Positions 18,605 to 30,385 of a stretch of DNA of 64,000 nucleotides are shown here, piece after piece. The notes below the pieces were generated by a model. That model searched no databases, was not told the origin of the DNA, and worked only from the letters and a program-made list of their open reading frames with translations. Origin of the DNA: Candidatus Aminicenantes bacterium (GTDB lineage: Bacteria; Acidobacteriota; Aminicenantia; Aminicenantales; JAFGBC01); contig OY969696.1 of the NCBI GenBank assembly GCA_963702005.1, positions 512,001 to 576,000 on the forward strand, read 5' to 3'. The translations under genes and the position numbers were made by a program. The first letter of the stretch is position 1; each line of letters starts with the position of its first letter.

Positions 18605-20028
18605 CCAAGAAGAAATGGCTCATTATGGCGGCGGTCCTGGTTGGGGTCGTCGTCATCGTGGTCGGCGCGACCGTCCTCAAGAACGGAAAGTCGACCGGCC
18701 CCAAATACCGGACCGAGGCCGTCGGCCGGGGCGACATCGAGGCCCTGGTCGTGACATCGGGAACCCTCAACCCGGTCATGACGGTCGAGGTTGGAAGCCA
18801 AGTCTCGGGAAAGATCGCCAAGATCAACGTCGATTACAATTCGCAGGTCAAGGCGGGCGACATCCTGGCCGAGCTGGACTTGTCCATCCTCCAGTCCAAG
18901 ATCGATCAGAACAACGCCAACTACCTAAGCGCCCAGGCGTCGCTCGACCGGGCCAACGTCACGCTCGACAACCTTAAGAAAAAATACGACAGGTCCCTAA
19001 CCCTGTTCGAAAAGAACCTTATTTCCTACGAGGAGAAGGAGGCGGCCGAGGCGTCCTACCTGGGCGCCAAGACGGACGTGACCTCCGCCCAGGCCCGGCT
19101 CGAGCAGGCCAAGAGCCAGCTCGAATCGAGCAAGCTCGACCTCAGCTACGCCATCATCCGCTCCCCCATCGACGGCATCGTCATCACCCGAGACATGAAC
19201 GTCGGGCAGACGGTCGCGGCCAGTTACCAGGCCCCCAAGCTCTTCACGATCGCCAACGACCTGAGCAAGATGCAGGTCGAGTGCAGCGTCGACGAGGCCG
19301 ACATCGGGAAGGTCCTCGAAAAACAGAAAGTCCGCTTCACGGTCGACGCCTTCGCCGATGAGACCTTCCTCGGAACCGTCAAGCAAGTCCGCTACTCCCC
19401 GACGACCTCCCAGAACGTCGTGACCTACACGACGATCGTCGACGTCGATAATCCGGGGATGAAGCTTCGACCCGGCATGACGGCGACCGTTTCGATCATC
19501 GCCGGGGAGGCCAAGAACGTCCTGCGCGTTCCCAACGCCGCCCTCCGTTTCACGCCGACCCTTCCCGCCGAGGAGCTGGCCAAGATCATGAAGGCGAGCT
19601 TCGAGGCCATGATGGCCCGGCGCCAGGCCGAAGCCGGCCAGGCCGGCCAAGGCCAAGCGGGCCAAGCCTCCGGCTCCGGGCAATCCCAGACCGCAAGCCC
19701 AAGCGCCGCCATCCGTCCGGACGGCCAAGGCGAGCGTCCCCGGAGCGGGGGAATGATGTTCATGCAACGCCAAACCCAGGGGCAGACCGGCGACGCATCC
19801 CAAGCGATGCGGAGCGGCCGACAGCCGTCTCGAGTTTGGGTCCAGGACAAAGACGGCAAGCTCAGGATGGTCTTCCTCCGACCCGGCGTCACCGACAATT
19901 CCTACACCGAGATCGTGCGGAGCGAGCTTAAGGAGGGCGACCTCGTCATCCTCGGCGAGAATAGCGCCAGCACGTCCTCCAGCCAGAGCGGGCCGCCCAG
20001 AGGTACGACGATGTTCATAGGCCGCTAA
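18601..20028 (+). CDS. Efflux membrane-fusion protein (MacA-like)
   Basis: VGSQVSGKI, IRSPIDG, VDEADIG, LRPGMTA. Confidence 0.92.
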   Translation: MTKKKWLIMAAVLVGVVVIVVGATVLKNGKSTGPKYRTEAVGRGDIEALVVTSGTLNPVMTVEVGSQVSGKIAKINVDYNSQVKAGDILAELDLSILQSKIDQNNANYLSAQASLDRANVTLDNLKKKYDRSLTLFEKNLISYEEKEAAEASYLGAKTDVTSAQARLEQAKSQLESSKLDLSYAIIRSPIDGIVITRDMNVGQTVAASYQAPKLFTIANDLSKMQVECSVDEADIGKVLEKQKVRFTVDAFADETFLGTVKQVRYSPTTSQNVVTYTTIVDVDNPGMKLRPGMTATVSIIAGEAKNVLRVPNAALRFTPTLPAEELAKIMKASFEAMMARRQAEAGQAGQGQAGQASGSGQSQTASPSAAIRPDGQGERPRSGGMMFMQRQTQGQTGDASQAMRSGRQPSRVWVQDKDGKLRMVFLRPGVTDNSYTEIVRSELKEGDLVILGENSASTSSSQSGPPRGTTMFIGR

Positions 20029-20052
20029 GGCCTGAACACGCAGGGGACTTCC

Positions 20053-22013
<1,961 letters not shown>

Positions 22014-22067
22014 GAATCGGGCGGAGATCATCCGGACTCACAGATCACTCATTCAGGGAGGTTCGAT

Positions 22068-23633
22068 ATGCGTAAGATAAAGCTCATAACGGGGATTTTC
22101 ATGGCCGGCCTCGCGCTGGGATCGGCCTTCGCCCAGGACCAGGTCAAATCCATGACGCTCGAAGACTGCATCCTGGGGGCTCTCAAGAACAACCTGTCGG
22201 TCGCCATCCAGGTCCTCAGCCCGCAGCTCGCGGACGAAACCCTGTCTAAGGCCCGGGAAAAGTTCATCCCGACTTTGTCGATGTCGTTCAACAATCGGCA
22301 CAGCGAATCGGCGTCCTATTCCTGGACGAGCACTTCCACGTCGGGATCGGTCCTCTCCAAATACAACAGCTACAACGTTTCTCTCAGCGAAGCCATCCCT
22401 TACGGCGGGACGCTGAGCCTGGCCCTGGACTCCTACAAGTCGAACACGAACCAAAGCCTCCAGACGATCAATCCCCGCTACGGTTCGACCCTGTCCTTCA
22501 ACTTCAGCCAGCCGCTTCTCCGCAACTTCGGGGCGTCCATCAGCCAGCAGGAGATCCTGATCGCCCGGAACAACCTTGAGATTTCCGAGTACGACCTCCA
22601 TCAGTCCCTCCTCGATACGGTTTATTCGGTCGAGCAGGCCTACTGGAATCTTGTCTACAGCACCCAAAGCCTCGAGGTTCAGCAGCAGTCCCTTCAGCTG
22701 GCCCGCGACCTCCTCGACAAGAATCAGCGTTCGGTCGAAGTCGGCCAATTGGCCCCGATCGAAGTCTTGAGCGCGCAGGCGGAAGTCGCGACCCGGGAAG
22801 CGGACATCCTTCAGGCCGAGGCCCTGGTCAAGAACAACGAGGACGCGCTCCGGACGCTTCTCAACCTGGAGCCCGGGAAACAGGCCTCCGCCGTCCGCAT
22901 CGTTCCGGCCGACAAACCGGTCTTCGAGGAAAGGACGGTGAATCTCGATGAAGCCCTCCAGACGGCCATGGACAACCGACCGGACCTCCATTCGGCCAGG
23001 ATCAGCCTTAAGAATTACGAGCTTGACCTGACCTACGCGCGAAACCAGCTCCTGCCCGGCCTCAACCTGACCGCGTCCTATTCGAGCCCGGGAATCTCGG
23101 GCGACCGGATCATGTACCTCAACAACAACCCCCTGACCGGGGTCGTCATCGGCTCCATTCCGGGCGCGGCATCCGACGCTCTCAAGGACTCCTTCAACTT
23201 CAAATACCAGAACTGGACGGTCGGTCTGACCCTCGACCTTCCCCTCAGCAACGTCCTGAGCCGAGCCGGCTACGCCCAGGCCAAGGTCAACATGGACAAG
23301 GCCCAGCTGACCCTCAAGAACCAGGAACAACAGGCCTTTCTCGAAATCAGAAACGCCGTCCGGTCCGTCGAGACCGGCTACAAGCGCGTCCAGGCTTACA
23401 AGGTCGCCCGCGATCTGGCCGAGAAGAAGTACGAGGCCGAGGTCGAAAAGCTCAAGGTCGGTTTGTCCACAAACTACACCGTGCTCCAGAACCAAAGGGA
23501 CCTGACCAACGCCAGGTCGACGGAGCTCAAGGCCATCGTCGATTACAGCCTGGCCCTGGCCGGATTGGATCGGGCCCTGGGCGTCACTCTCAAGAAGAAG
23601 AACATCCAGCTCCAGAATTTCATGAATTACTGA
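22068..23633 (+). CDS. TolC-family outer-membrane efflux protein
   Basis: Signal peptide, FSQPLLR, VEQAYWNL, NRPDL, duplicated OEP repeats. Confidence 0.9.
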   Translation: MRKIKLITGIFMAGLALGSAFAQDQVKSMTLEDCILGALKNNLSVAIQVLSPQLADETLSKAREKFIPTLSMSFNNRHSESASYSWTSTSTSGSVLSKYNSYNVSLSEAIPYGGTLSLALDSYKSNTNQSLQTINPRYGSTLSFNFSQPLLRNFGASISQQEILIARNNLEISEYDLHQSLLDTVYSVEQAYWNLVYSTQSLEVQQQSLQLARDLLDKNQRSVEVGQLAPIEVLSAQAEVATREADILQAEALVKNNEDALRTLLNLEPGKQASAVRIVPADKPVFEERTVNLDEALQTAMDNRPDLHSARISLKNYELDLTYARNQLLPGLNLTASYSSPGISGDRIMYLNNNPLTGVVIGSIPGAASDALKDSFNFKYQNWTVGLTLDLPLSNVLSRAGYAQAKVNMDKAQLTLKNQEQQAFLEIRNAVRSVETGYKRVQAYKVARDLAEKKYEAEVEKLKVGLSTNYTVLQNQRDLTNARSTELKAIVDYSLALAGLDRALGVTLKKKNIQLQNFMNY

Positions 23634-26600
23634 CCCGGCCTCCCTGCTTGCGCGGCTCGAACCAGCCGTAGAGCGTCGGCAGGACGAGGAGCGTTAATAG
23701 GGTCGAAGTCAGGAGTCCCCCGACCACAACGACGGCCAGGGGGCGCTGGATCTCCGACCCCGGCCCCTGGGCGGCCAGGAGCGGCAAGAGGCTGAAGACG
23801 GTGATCGACGCCGTCATCAGGACCGGCCGGAGCCGGCGCGCGCAGCCGCCGGCGATAGCCTCATCGAGGGTTGCCCCTTCCTGGCGGCACTGGCTGATCG
23901 TCGAGACGAGGACGACGCCGTTGAGGACTGCGATTCCGAACAGGGCGATAAACCCAACCGAGGCGGGAACGGAAAGGTAGAGTCCGGCCAGGTAGAGCGA
24001 AACGACGCCGCCGATCAGGGCGAACGGAAGGTTGAGGAAGACGAGGGCCGCCAGCCGGGCGGATCCGAAGGTCACGAACAGCAGGAAAAAGATGAGGCCG
24101 GCCGTCAGGGGGACGATCAGGGTGAGCCTCCGCATCGCCCGCTGCTGGTTCTCGAACTGGCCTCCCCATTCCATATAATAGCCGCCCGGAAAGTCGACCC
24201 GTTTCCGGATTTCGCGCCGGGCCTCGGCGACGAACCCGCCGATGTCCCTCCCCGACACGTTGCACTCTATTCCGATCCGGCGCTGTCCGAATTCCCGACT
24301 GATCTGGCTCGGCCCTTCCTCGAGCTTGATGGCCGCCAGTTCGCCGAGCGGGACGCGGAAGCCTTGAGGGGCCGGGATCAGGATGCGGGCGAGGCTTCCG
24401 ATCGAATCCCTCCAGCCTTCGGGAAAGCGGACCGCGACGCCGAAGCTTTTATCGCCTTCGTAGATGCGGGTGACCGGGCTCCCGGCCACGGCCGTCGCGA
24501 TGACCTCCTGGACGTCCGCGACGCTGATCCCATAGCGGGCGATCCTGGCCCGGTCCACGGCGATCGTGACGTAGGGCTGGCCCGCGACCCTCTCGACGAC
24601 AATGTCCCGAGTCCCTTTAAGCCCGGCCAGGACGCGGCCGATGGATTCGGCCTTGGCGCTGAGCGTCTCCAGATCCTCCCCGAACAACCTGATGATGATC
24701 TGAGCCCGCGTGCCGGCGACGAGTTCGTCGATCCGGCAGGCGATCGGCTGGCTGAAGGAGAAGGCCATGCCCGGGAAGACCTCCATGGCCTTCCGCATCT
24801 TGTTGGTGAGCTCATCGCGGGTCCGGGCCGAGGTCCATTCCCGGCGGGGACGGATCGTCCCCACATAACCCGTCTTTTCGACGCCCCGCGCCTCGAGGGC
24901 GATTCCGGTCTGTCCGGTCCGGGAGACGATCGTCTCGAGCTCGGGGAATAGCTTGAGCCTGCGTTCAACTTCCTTGCTGATCGCCAGCGACTGATCGAGC
25001 GAGATGCCCGGCAAGAGTTGAATGTCCATGTCGAAGGCGCCCTCGTCCATAACGGGAATGAATTCGGTCCCCAGCCGGGGGATGAGGAGGAGGCTTCCGG
25101 CCAGCATGAGGAGCGCCGCCGTCAGGACGAGCGCCTTGCGCCGCAGGGTCCAGCGCAGAAGAGCCGAATAGGCGGAGATAAGCCCCTCCAGGATGCGGTT
25201 CTTGCGCTCGGCGCTCCGCCCGAGGAGGAGGAGGGACAGGACGGGGATGACCAGGATCGACAGGACGAGAGAGGCGAACAGAGCGATGGACACGGTCAGG
25301 GCCAACGGCGCGAACATCTTTCCCTCGATGCCCTGGAGGGTCATGATCGGCAGGAAGGTCAGGGCGATGATAAGCTCGCCGAAGATGCTGGGCCGGCGGA
25401 CTTCGAGGACGGCCCGCAGGACCGTGGTCGGCTTGGGCTGGGAAACGGCCGTCTCGGCCAGGCGGCGCTGGACGTTCTCAACCTGGATGACGGTCGCGTC
25501 GATGATCATGCCGACCGAGATGGCCAGCCCGCCCAGGGACATCAGGTTGGCGGTCAGGCCGGCCCGCTTCATGATGATGAAGGTCGCCAGGGCCGCCAGG
25601 GGGAGCGAGGCGATGACGATGACGGCTCCCCGCAGGTTGCGCAGGAAAAGATAGAGGATAAAGACGACCAGGATGCCGCCGAGGAGGAGGGCGTCCGTGA
25701 CGGTAGCGACGCTCTGACGGACGATGTCGGAACGCTTATAGAACGGGACGATGACCAGGCCCGCCGGCAGGACCCGGCTCCCGTTGATCTCGGCGACCTT
25801 GGCTTCGATCCCCTGTACGACGTCGCGGGCGTTTGCGCCCCGGAGCATCATGACGATCCCGCCCACGACCTCGCGTTCCCCGTTTATAACCGAGGCGCCC
25901 TGGCGGACGGCCGCTCCGATCAGGACCTGGGCCACGTCCCGGACGAGGACGGGGACGCCCCGCCATGTCTTGACGGAAATGCTGCGGATGTCATCGGCGT
26001 CCTTGAGCAGACCCAGCCCCCGCACCAGGTACTGTTCGGCCGATGTTTGGATGAGGCCTCCGCCCGCGTTCTGGTTGTTCCGTTTGAGGGCCTCGACGAC
26101 CTCGGCGAGAGCGATGCCGTATTTCTGGAGGCGGTCCGGGTCGACGATGACCTGGTACTGTTTGATGAAGCCGCCGAAGGAATTGACCTCGCTGACGCCG
26201 GGCACGGATTTCAAAAGGGGGCTGATGACCCAGTCCTGGAGGGTCCGGAACTCCGTCAACCGCGCCTCATCGGCCGGAGCGGGGGTCCTTTCCTCGAGCG
26301 TATACTGGTAAATCTCGCCCATGGCCGTCGCGACGGGACCCATCTCGACATCGACGTCCTCGGCCAGAGCGTCCCGGACCCCGATCAGGCGCTCCAGGAC
26401 GAGCTGGCGGGCGAAGAAGATGTCGACGCCGTCTTCGAAGACGGCCGTGATGACCGACAGCCCGAATTTGGAGACGGAGCGGAGCCCGGTCAAGCGCGGC
26501 AGTCCGCGCAGGGCGGATTCGACCGGATAGGTCACGAACTTCTCGATCTCGAGCGGAGAGCGGCCGGGCGCCGAGCAGACGACCTCGACCTGAATGTTGG

Positions 26601-26727
26601 TGACGTCGGGGAAAGCGTCGATCGGGAGGCGAAGGAAGGACCAAACGCCGAACCCGGTCAGGAAGAGGACGCCGACGAGGATGAGGGCCTTTTGTCTCAG
26701 GGCGAAGGCGATCAGCCGATCGATCAT
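23620..26727 (-). CDS. czcA: CzcA/CusA heavy-metal RND pump
   Basis: LPIDAFPDVTNIQV, NLMSLGG, RLRPVLMTA, GSEIQRPLA; start MIDRL. Confidence 0.92.
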   Translation of the reverse strand: MIDRLIAFALRQKALILVGVLFLTGFGVWSFLRLPIDAFPDVTNIQVEVVCSAPGRSPLEIEKFVTYPVESALRGLPRLTGLRSVSKFGLSVITAVFEDGVDIFFARQLVLERLIGVRDALAEDVDVEMGPVATAMGEIYQYTLEERTPAPADEARLTEFRTLQDWVISPLLKSVPGVSEVNSFGGFIKQYQVIVDPDRLQKYGIALAEVVEALKRNNQNAGGGLIQTSAEQYLVRGLGLLKDADDIRSISVKTWRGVPVLVRDVAQVLIGAAVRQGASVINGEREVVGGIVMMLRGANARDVVQGIEAKVAEINGSRVLPAGLVIVPFYKRSDIVRQSVATVTDALLLGGILVVFILYLFLRNLRGAVIVIASLPLAALATFIIMKRAGLTANLMSLGGLAISVGMIIDATVIQVENVQRRLAETAVSQPKPTTVLRAVLEVRRPSIFGELIIALTFLPIMTLQGIEGKMFAPLALTVSIALFASLVLSILVIPVLSLLLLGRSAERKNRILEGLISAYSALLRWTLRRKALVLTAALLMLAGSLLLIPRLGTEFIPVMDEGAFDMDIQLLPGISLDQSLAISKEVERRLKLFPELETIVSRTGQTGIALEARGVEKTGYVGTIRPRREWTSARTRDELTNKMRKAMEVFPGMAFSFSQPIACRIDELVAGTRAQIIIRLFGEDLETLSAKAESIGRVLAGLKGTRDIVVERVAGQPYVTIAVDRARIARYGISVADVQEVIATAVAGSPVTRIYEGDKSFGVAVRFPEGWRDSIGSLARILIPAPQGFRVPLGELAAIKLEEGPSQISREFGQRRIGIECNVSGRDIGGFVAEARREIRKRVDFPGGYYMEWGGQFENQQRAMRRLTLIVPLTAGLIFFLLFVTFGSARLAALVFLNLPFALIGGVVSLYLAGLYLSVPASVGFIALFGIAVLNGVVLVSTISQCRQEGATLDEAIAGGCARRLRPVLMTASITVFSLLPLLAAQGPGSEIQRPLAVVVVGGLLTSTLLTLLVLPTLYGWFEPRKQGGRVSNS

Positions 26728-26728
26728 G

Positions 26729-27847
26729 TCATTCCCCCTCCAAGCTTTCCTTGAGGAGCTCGGACTTGATGAAAAAGCCGCCCGCGGCCACGAAGGATTC
26801 CCCCGGAGCGAGCCCGGAGAGGATTTCGACCCAGCCGTCCCGGGCCGATCCCGCCGCGATCTCCTTGACGGCGAAGGATCGCTCACCGGCGGGGACGAAG
26901 ACGATGGTCTTTCCGCCGATTCTCTGGACGGCCGATTCGGGGATGAGGAGCGAACTCGTCCGGGAGGGGATGACGAGAGTCACATCGGCGAACATCCCGG
27001 GTTTGAGCCGCGCGGGGTCGTTCCCGACCTCAACCCGGCCGATGACCGTCCGCGTCTCGGAGTCGATGAGGTCCGAGAGCTGGGCCAGCCTTCCCTTGAA
27101 CTCCAAATTCGGGTAGGCGCCGACCCTGACGACCGCCGCGACGCCGGCCGCAACGGAGCCGAGGTCCCTCTCGTGGATCCGGGCGTTGACCAGAAGGGAC
27201 GAGAGGTCGGCGATCCGGAACAGGTTGGCCCCGACCTCGAGGGTATCGCCGGCGACGGCCGCGCTCTCGATGACGGTCCCGGCGAGGGGAGCCGATACCG
27301 TGAGCAGATTGCGGGGCGCTCGGGATTCCTCGATTGCCTTGATCTCCTCTTCGGTCAGCCCTAAAATCAGAAGCCTCGTCCGGGCCGAGTCCGCGATGGC
27401 GCGGGCCGCTTTAGCATCCTCCGGCGCCAGGGCCTCGTCGAGCCCGACCAGGCGGGCCCGCGCTTGTAGGAATTCGGCCTGGGCCGATAGGAATTCCGGG
27501 CTGAACAGGGTGAGAAGGGGCCGTCCCTTCGAGACGCGGTCCCCTAAAAAAGCGAAGACCTCTTCGATCCGGCCCGGGAGCCGCGACGTGACATGATGGA
27601 CCTTCCTGGGATTCAAGGTGACCTCGCCCGGAGCCGAGATCAGGAGCGGGACCGAACGAAGCTCAGCGACCTGGATTTTGATGCCCGCGATGCCGATGGC
27701 GGCCTGGCTCATGGTGACGGACGTCGGTTCGTTCTTTGGCTCGGGCGCGACCTCGCCGCTGATATCGGCTTTGTTCCGGCAGGCGGCGAACGACACCGCC
27801 GCCGTCGCCATCACGATCATCATCAGAATCTTGAATTCAGTCCTCAT
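26729..27847 (-). CDS. czcB: CzcB/CusB membrane-fusion protein
   Basis: FSPEFLSAQAEFL, LFRIADLS, LKPGMFA; lipobox-like FAAC. Confidence 0.88.
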   Translation of the reverse strand: MRTEFKILMMIVMATAAVSFAACRNKADISGEVAPEPKNEPTSVTMSQAAIGIAGIKIQVAELRSVPLLISAPGEVTLNPRKVHHVTSRLPGRIEEVFAFLGDRVSKGRPLLTLFSPEFLSAQAEFLQARARLVGLDEALAPEDAKAARAIADSARTRLLILGLTEEEIKAIEESRAPRNLLTVSAPLAGTVIESAAVAGDTLEVGANLFRIADLSSLLVNARIHERDLGSVAAGVAAVVRVGAYPNLEFKGRLAQLSDLIDSETRTVIGRVEVGNDPARLKPGMFADVTLVIPSRTSSLLIPESAVQRIGGKTIVFVPAGERSFAVKEIAAGSARDGWVEILSGLAPGESFVAAGGFFIKSELLKESLEGE

Positions 27848-29093
27848 GGCTCTCTCCTATCTCTGCGTTCTCTTCCCCGGACCGTTCGAGCTCGGCGCGC
27901 GCCTCTTCATAAAGAAGAAGGGACCTCCAGTATTCGGCACGGGCCTCGGCGGCCGTGCGATAAAGGTCGATCAGGCCGAGGCTGTCCAGCCGCCCGTTCC
28001 TGTATTCGGCGAGGCCCGTTTCGATCTGGCGCGAGACTTCGCCCAAGAGCTTTTCCTCGAACAGACGGACCTGTTCCTCAACCGCCTTGAGGCCGGCGTA
28101 GGCGTTCTCGATCCCGGCCGAGACCCGGGTCCGGACGGCGGCGGCCGCGATGGCGAAGAGTTGGGACTTGGCTTCGGCCTCGACTGTTTCGCCGCGCCGT
28201 CCTTCCCTCCAGACAAAGGGGAGAGACAGGCTGAGCTCGAAGCCCCAAGCGCCGGTCCGATGGCTCGGCAGGTACAGGCCCACCGTAACGTCGGGGAGGA
28301 GGTTTTTTCTGGTTAGGGCTAGATCGGCCATCGCCCGGTCCTGCCGGGCGGCTTCGATCCCAATTGTGCGGCTGGCCGCCGTGAGTTCGTCCTTGACCGC
28401 GGCCAGGTCTTTCTCGAGTGGGGCGAAGGAGAAGGCCGAGAGGACCTCGAGCGGTTCGTTCCCCTGCCGTCCCAGAAGGAGGTTGAGGCGAACTTTGTCG
28501 GCAGCGAGGTCCTTGCGCTTTTCGATGAGGTCGTTGCGGGCCTTGACCTTTTCCACGCCCGCCCTCAGGACGTCCAGGTAGGGAACGCTCCCGGCTTCGT
28601 ATCTCGTGCGGGCCGCCTCGAGGAAGCGGTCGAGAAGGGCCAGGTTCGTCTCGAGGAGCGCGATTGTTTTAAACCGGTAGAGAACCCGGTAGTAGGCCAT
28701 CTTGACTTCGGCGCCCAGGACGATCCGGAGTCGTTCGAAATCAAGACGGGCGATTTCCTCCCCGTAGCGTCCGATCTTGCCGCGCAAGGGGCGTTTGGCC
28801 AAAAACTCGAGGGATTGCTGGATCCCCAGGTTGACCTCCGATTCTTGTCCGTCGCCGGAACGTTTCAGGGGAATCGCTTCGTTGCTGAAAACGATCTCGG
28901 GGGCCGGGATGGCTTCGAGCTGAAGTCGTTGTCCCCGGGAGACATCGAGAGCTTTCTGGGCGGCGAGGACGGTCGGATTCTGACGGAGGGCCAGCTCCAC
29001 GGCCTGCTCGACGGTCAAGCCGGGGCCGGACGAGGGCGAAAGGGCCGCGGCTTGGGCCAACACGGCGGAAAAAACGATGGCGGCGAGATGCAT
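27837..29093 (-). CDS. czcC: CzcC-like outer-membrane factor
   Basis: AL.QNP, VKMAYY, OEP repeats; first structural gene of the CBA operon. Confidence 0.85.
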   Translation of the reverse strand: MHLAAIVFSAVLAQAAALSPSSGPGLTVEQAVELALRQNPTVLAAQKALDVSRGQRLQLEAIPAPEIVFSNEAIPLKRSGDGQESEVNLGIQQSLEFLAKRPLRGKIGRYGEEIARLDFERLRIVLGAEVKMAYYRVLYRFKTIALLETNLALLDRFLEAARTRYEAGSVPYLDVLRAGVEKVKARNDLIEKRKDLAADKVRLNLLLGRQGNEPLEVLSAFSFAPLEKDLAAVKDELTAASRTIGIEAARQDRAMADLALTRKNLLPDVTVGLYLPSHRTGAWGFELSLSLPFVWREGRRGETVEAEAKSQLFAIAAAAVRTRVSAGIENAYAGLKAVEEQVRLFEEKLLGEVSRQIETGLAEYRNGRLDSLGLIDLYRTAAEARAEYWRSLLLYEEARAELERSGEENAEIGESHED

Positions 29094-29153
29094 GATGACC
29101 TCCTTTCCTGGTCGGATGGGCGCGCTTGGATCGAAAGCGCCGGGAAAGGAGGC

Positions 29154-29426
29154 TCAGTCGGGCGGGTGGAAGATATTCTTGCTGAATTCCGGGACGAGGA
29201 CCGGATCGTTGTTCCAGGTCAGCCATGATCCGAGGGGCCTAAGCTCGAGGCCGCAGATCGGCTGGAGTGAAGCGGCATTAGCCCAGGGGCGGTGGAGCGA
29301 GTGGCAAACTCCGGCCATCTCATCGTGGCAAGTCGCCTCGTGGGCGAGCGTGTTGAAGGCGAAGAGACAGAGCAGGGCCCAGAAAACCAGCAGCCCGGCC
29401 GAGCTCTTCCAGAAGCGTTTGATCAT
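29154..29426 (-). CDS. Small exported His/Cys-rich leader protein ending IFHPPD
   Basis: Hydrophobic N-terminus, HEATCHDEM..CHSLH, C-terminal PP motif; lies between a consensus promoter and czcC. Confidence 0.65.
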   Translation of the reverse strand: MIKRFWKSSAGLLVFWALLCLFAFNTLAHEATCHDEMAGVCHSLHRPWANAASLQPICGLELRPLGSWLTWNNDPVLVPEFSKNIFHPPD

Positions 29427-29448
29427 GGCGGTTTGAGTTAAGAGTTGG

Positions 29449-29477
29449 ATTGTATCCGGCCGCTTCCCCGCTGTCAA
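29449..29477 (-). promoter_or_regulatory. sigma70 promoter of the czc operon
   Basis: TTGACA-N17-TACAAT. Confidence 0.8.
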
Positions 29478-29510
29478 TGCCGGAAGGCGTCGATAAAAGC
29501 AATGACCTTC

Positions 29511-29543
29511 CCGGGATTCATAAATTTAATTTATTAATCCCGG
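29511..29543. promoter_or_regulatory. 33-bp palindrome, candidate operator
   Basis: CCGGGATT-c-ATAAATT-t-AATTTAT-t-AATCCCGG between divergent genes. Confidence 0.5.
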
Positions 29544-29614
29544 AGAAGGAATTGCTTCAGAATCCAATCGGATTTGTTTAGCGCCCCGCGATGGGCTTAC
29601 AATAGAACCGTGCC

Positions 29615-30271
29615 ATGAATAAACCCGCTACGATTGGAGTGTTTTTCGCCGTCCTCCTCGCCTTGTGTTTCTGCGAATCATGGAGCTCCGGCATTATCAT
29701 CCTCTGCGCGGGGGACAGCATCACCGAGCAGGCCTATCCCCGATTCCTCCAGCGGGCCCTCAAAAAGGAAGGTCTGCGGGCCAGGGTTCTTAACTACGGG
29801 AAGAGCGGATATACGACCGGCGAGTACTTGAAGTTCCTGCGCGGCCGGCTCGAGAAGGTCAAGGCCGAGAGTCCGGATTTCGTCCTCCTCGAGCTCGGGA
29901 CGAACGACGTCCGCGTCGACGGAGATCGAACTTCTCTTGCGGATTTCGAGCGAAACCTGCGAGAAATCGTCGGGATATTCCAGGGATGCCGAAACCGCCG
30001 CGGAGGTCCGACGGCCGTCCTCCTCGCTACTATCCCTCCCGTTCCAGAAAATACGTCCTACCCCTTCAGCCCGGAATCGATCCGGCGGGTCGTCGGGGAA
30101 ATCAACCCCGCCATCAGGGCCGTTTCCGCCGAGTCGGCACTTCCCCTGGTAGACAACTACGTTTTGTTCGCGAGCGCGCCCGACCTCCTTCCCGGCGTTC
30201 ATCCCTCCCGGGAGGGATACCGGCGGCTCGCCCTCAACTGGTTCCAAGCCCTCCGGCCCCTTCTGGATTAA
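29615..30271 (+). CDS. SGNH/GDSL hydrolase
   Basis: GDSIT, G.SG, LGTND, GVHP blocks; signal peptide. Confidence 0.9.
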   Translation: MNKPATIGVFFAVLLALCFCESWSSGIIILCAGDSITEQAYPRFLQRALKKEGLRARVLNYGKSGYTTGEYLKFLRGRLEKVKAESPDFVLLELGTNDVRVDGDRTSLADFERNLREIVGIFQGCRNRRGGPTAVLLATIPPVPENTSYPFSPESIRRVVGEINPAIRAVSAESALPLVDNYVLFASAPDLLPGVHPSREGYRRLALNWFQALRPLLD

Positions 30272-30304
30272 GTGCGCTCGGGGCGGCATTCGGCCCGAAT
30301 CGTC

Positions 30305-30333
30305 TTGCAGTTTTAAAAGAAAGGTGCTATCAT
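30305..30333 (+). promoter_or_regulatory. sigma70 promoter (extended -10)
   Basis: TTGCAG-N17-TATCAT with TGn. Confidence 0.55.
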
Positions 30334-30385
30334 AGCGGCAATTAAGGGAGTTTTTCCGATCCCCAAACAGCCGGGAGATATACCC

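Noticed and set aside
19620-19830. Short GGCCAAG-type repeats in the MacA-like gene
   Set aside because: They encode a low-complexity Gln/Gly/Ala linker; not a CRISPR or DNA-level array
25018-26754. Long antisense or alternate-frame ORFs (also 263-1378, 13242-14816, 22053-23495, 44482-46062, 56194-57600 and others)
   Set aside because: Shadow ORFs expected from high-GC codon bias opposite well-supported genes; no motifs or RBS
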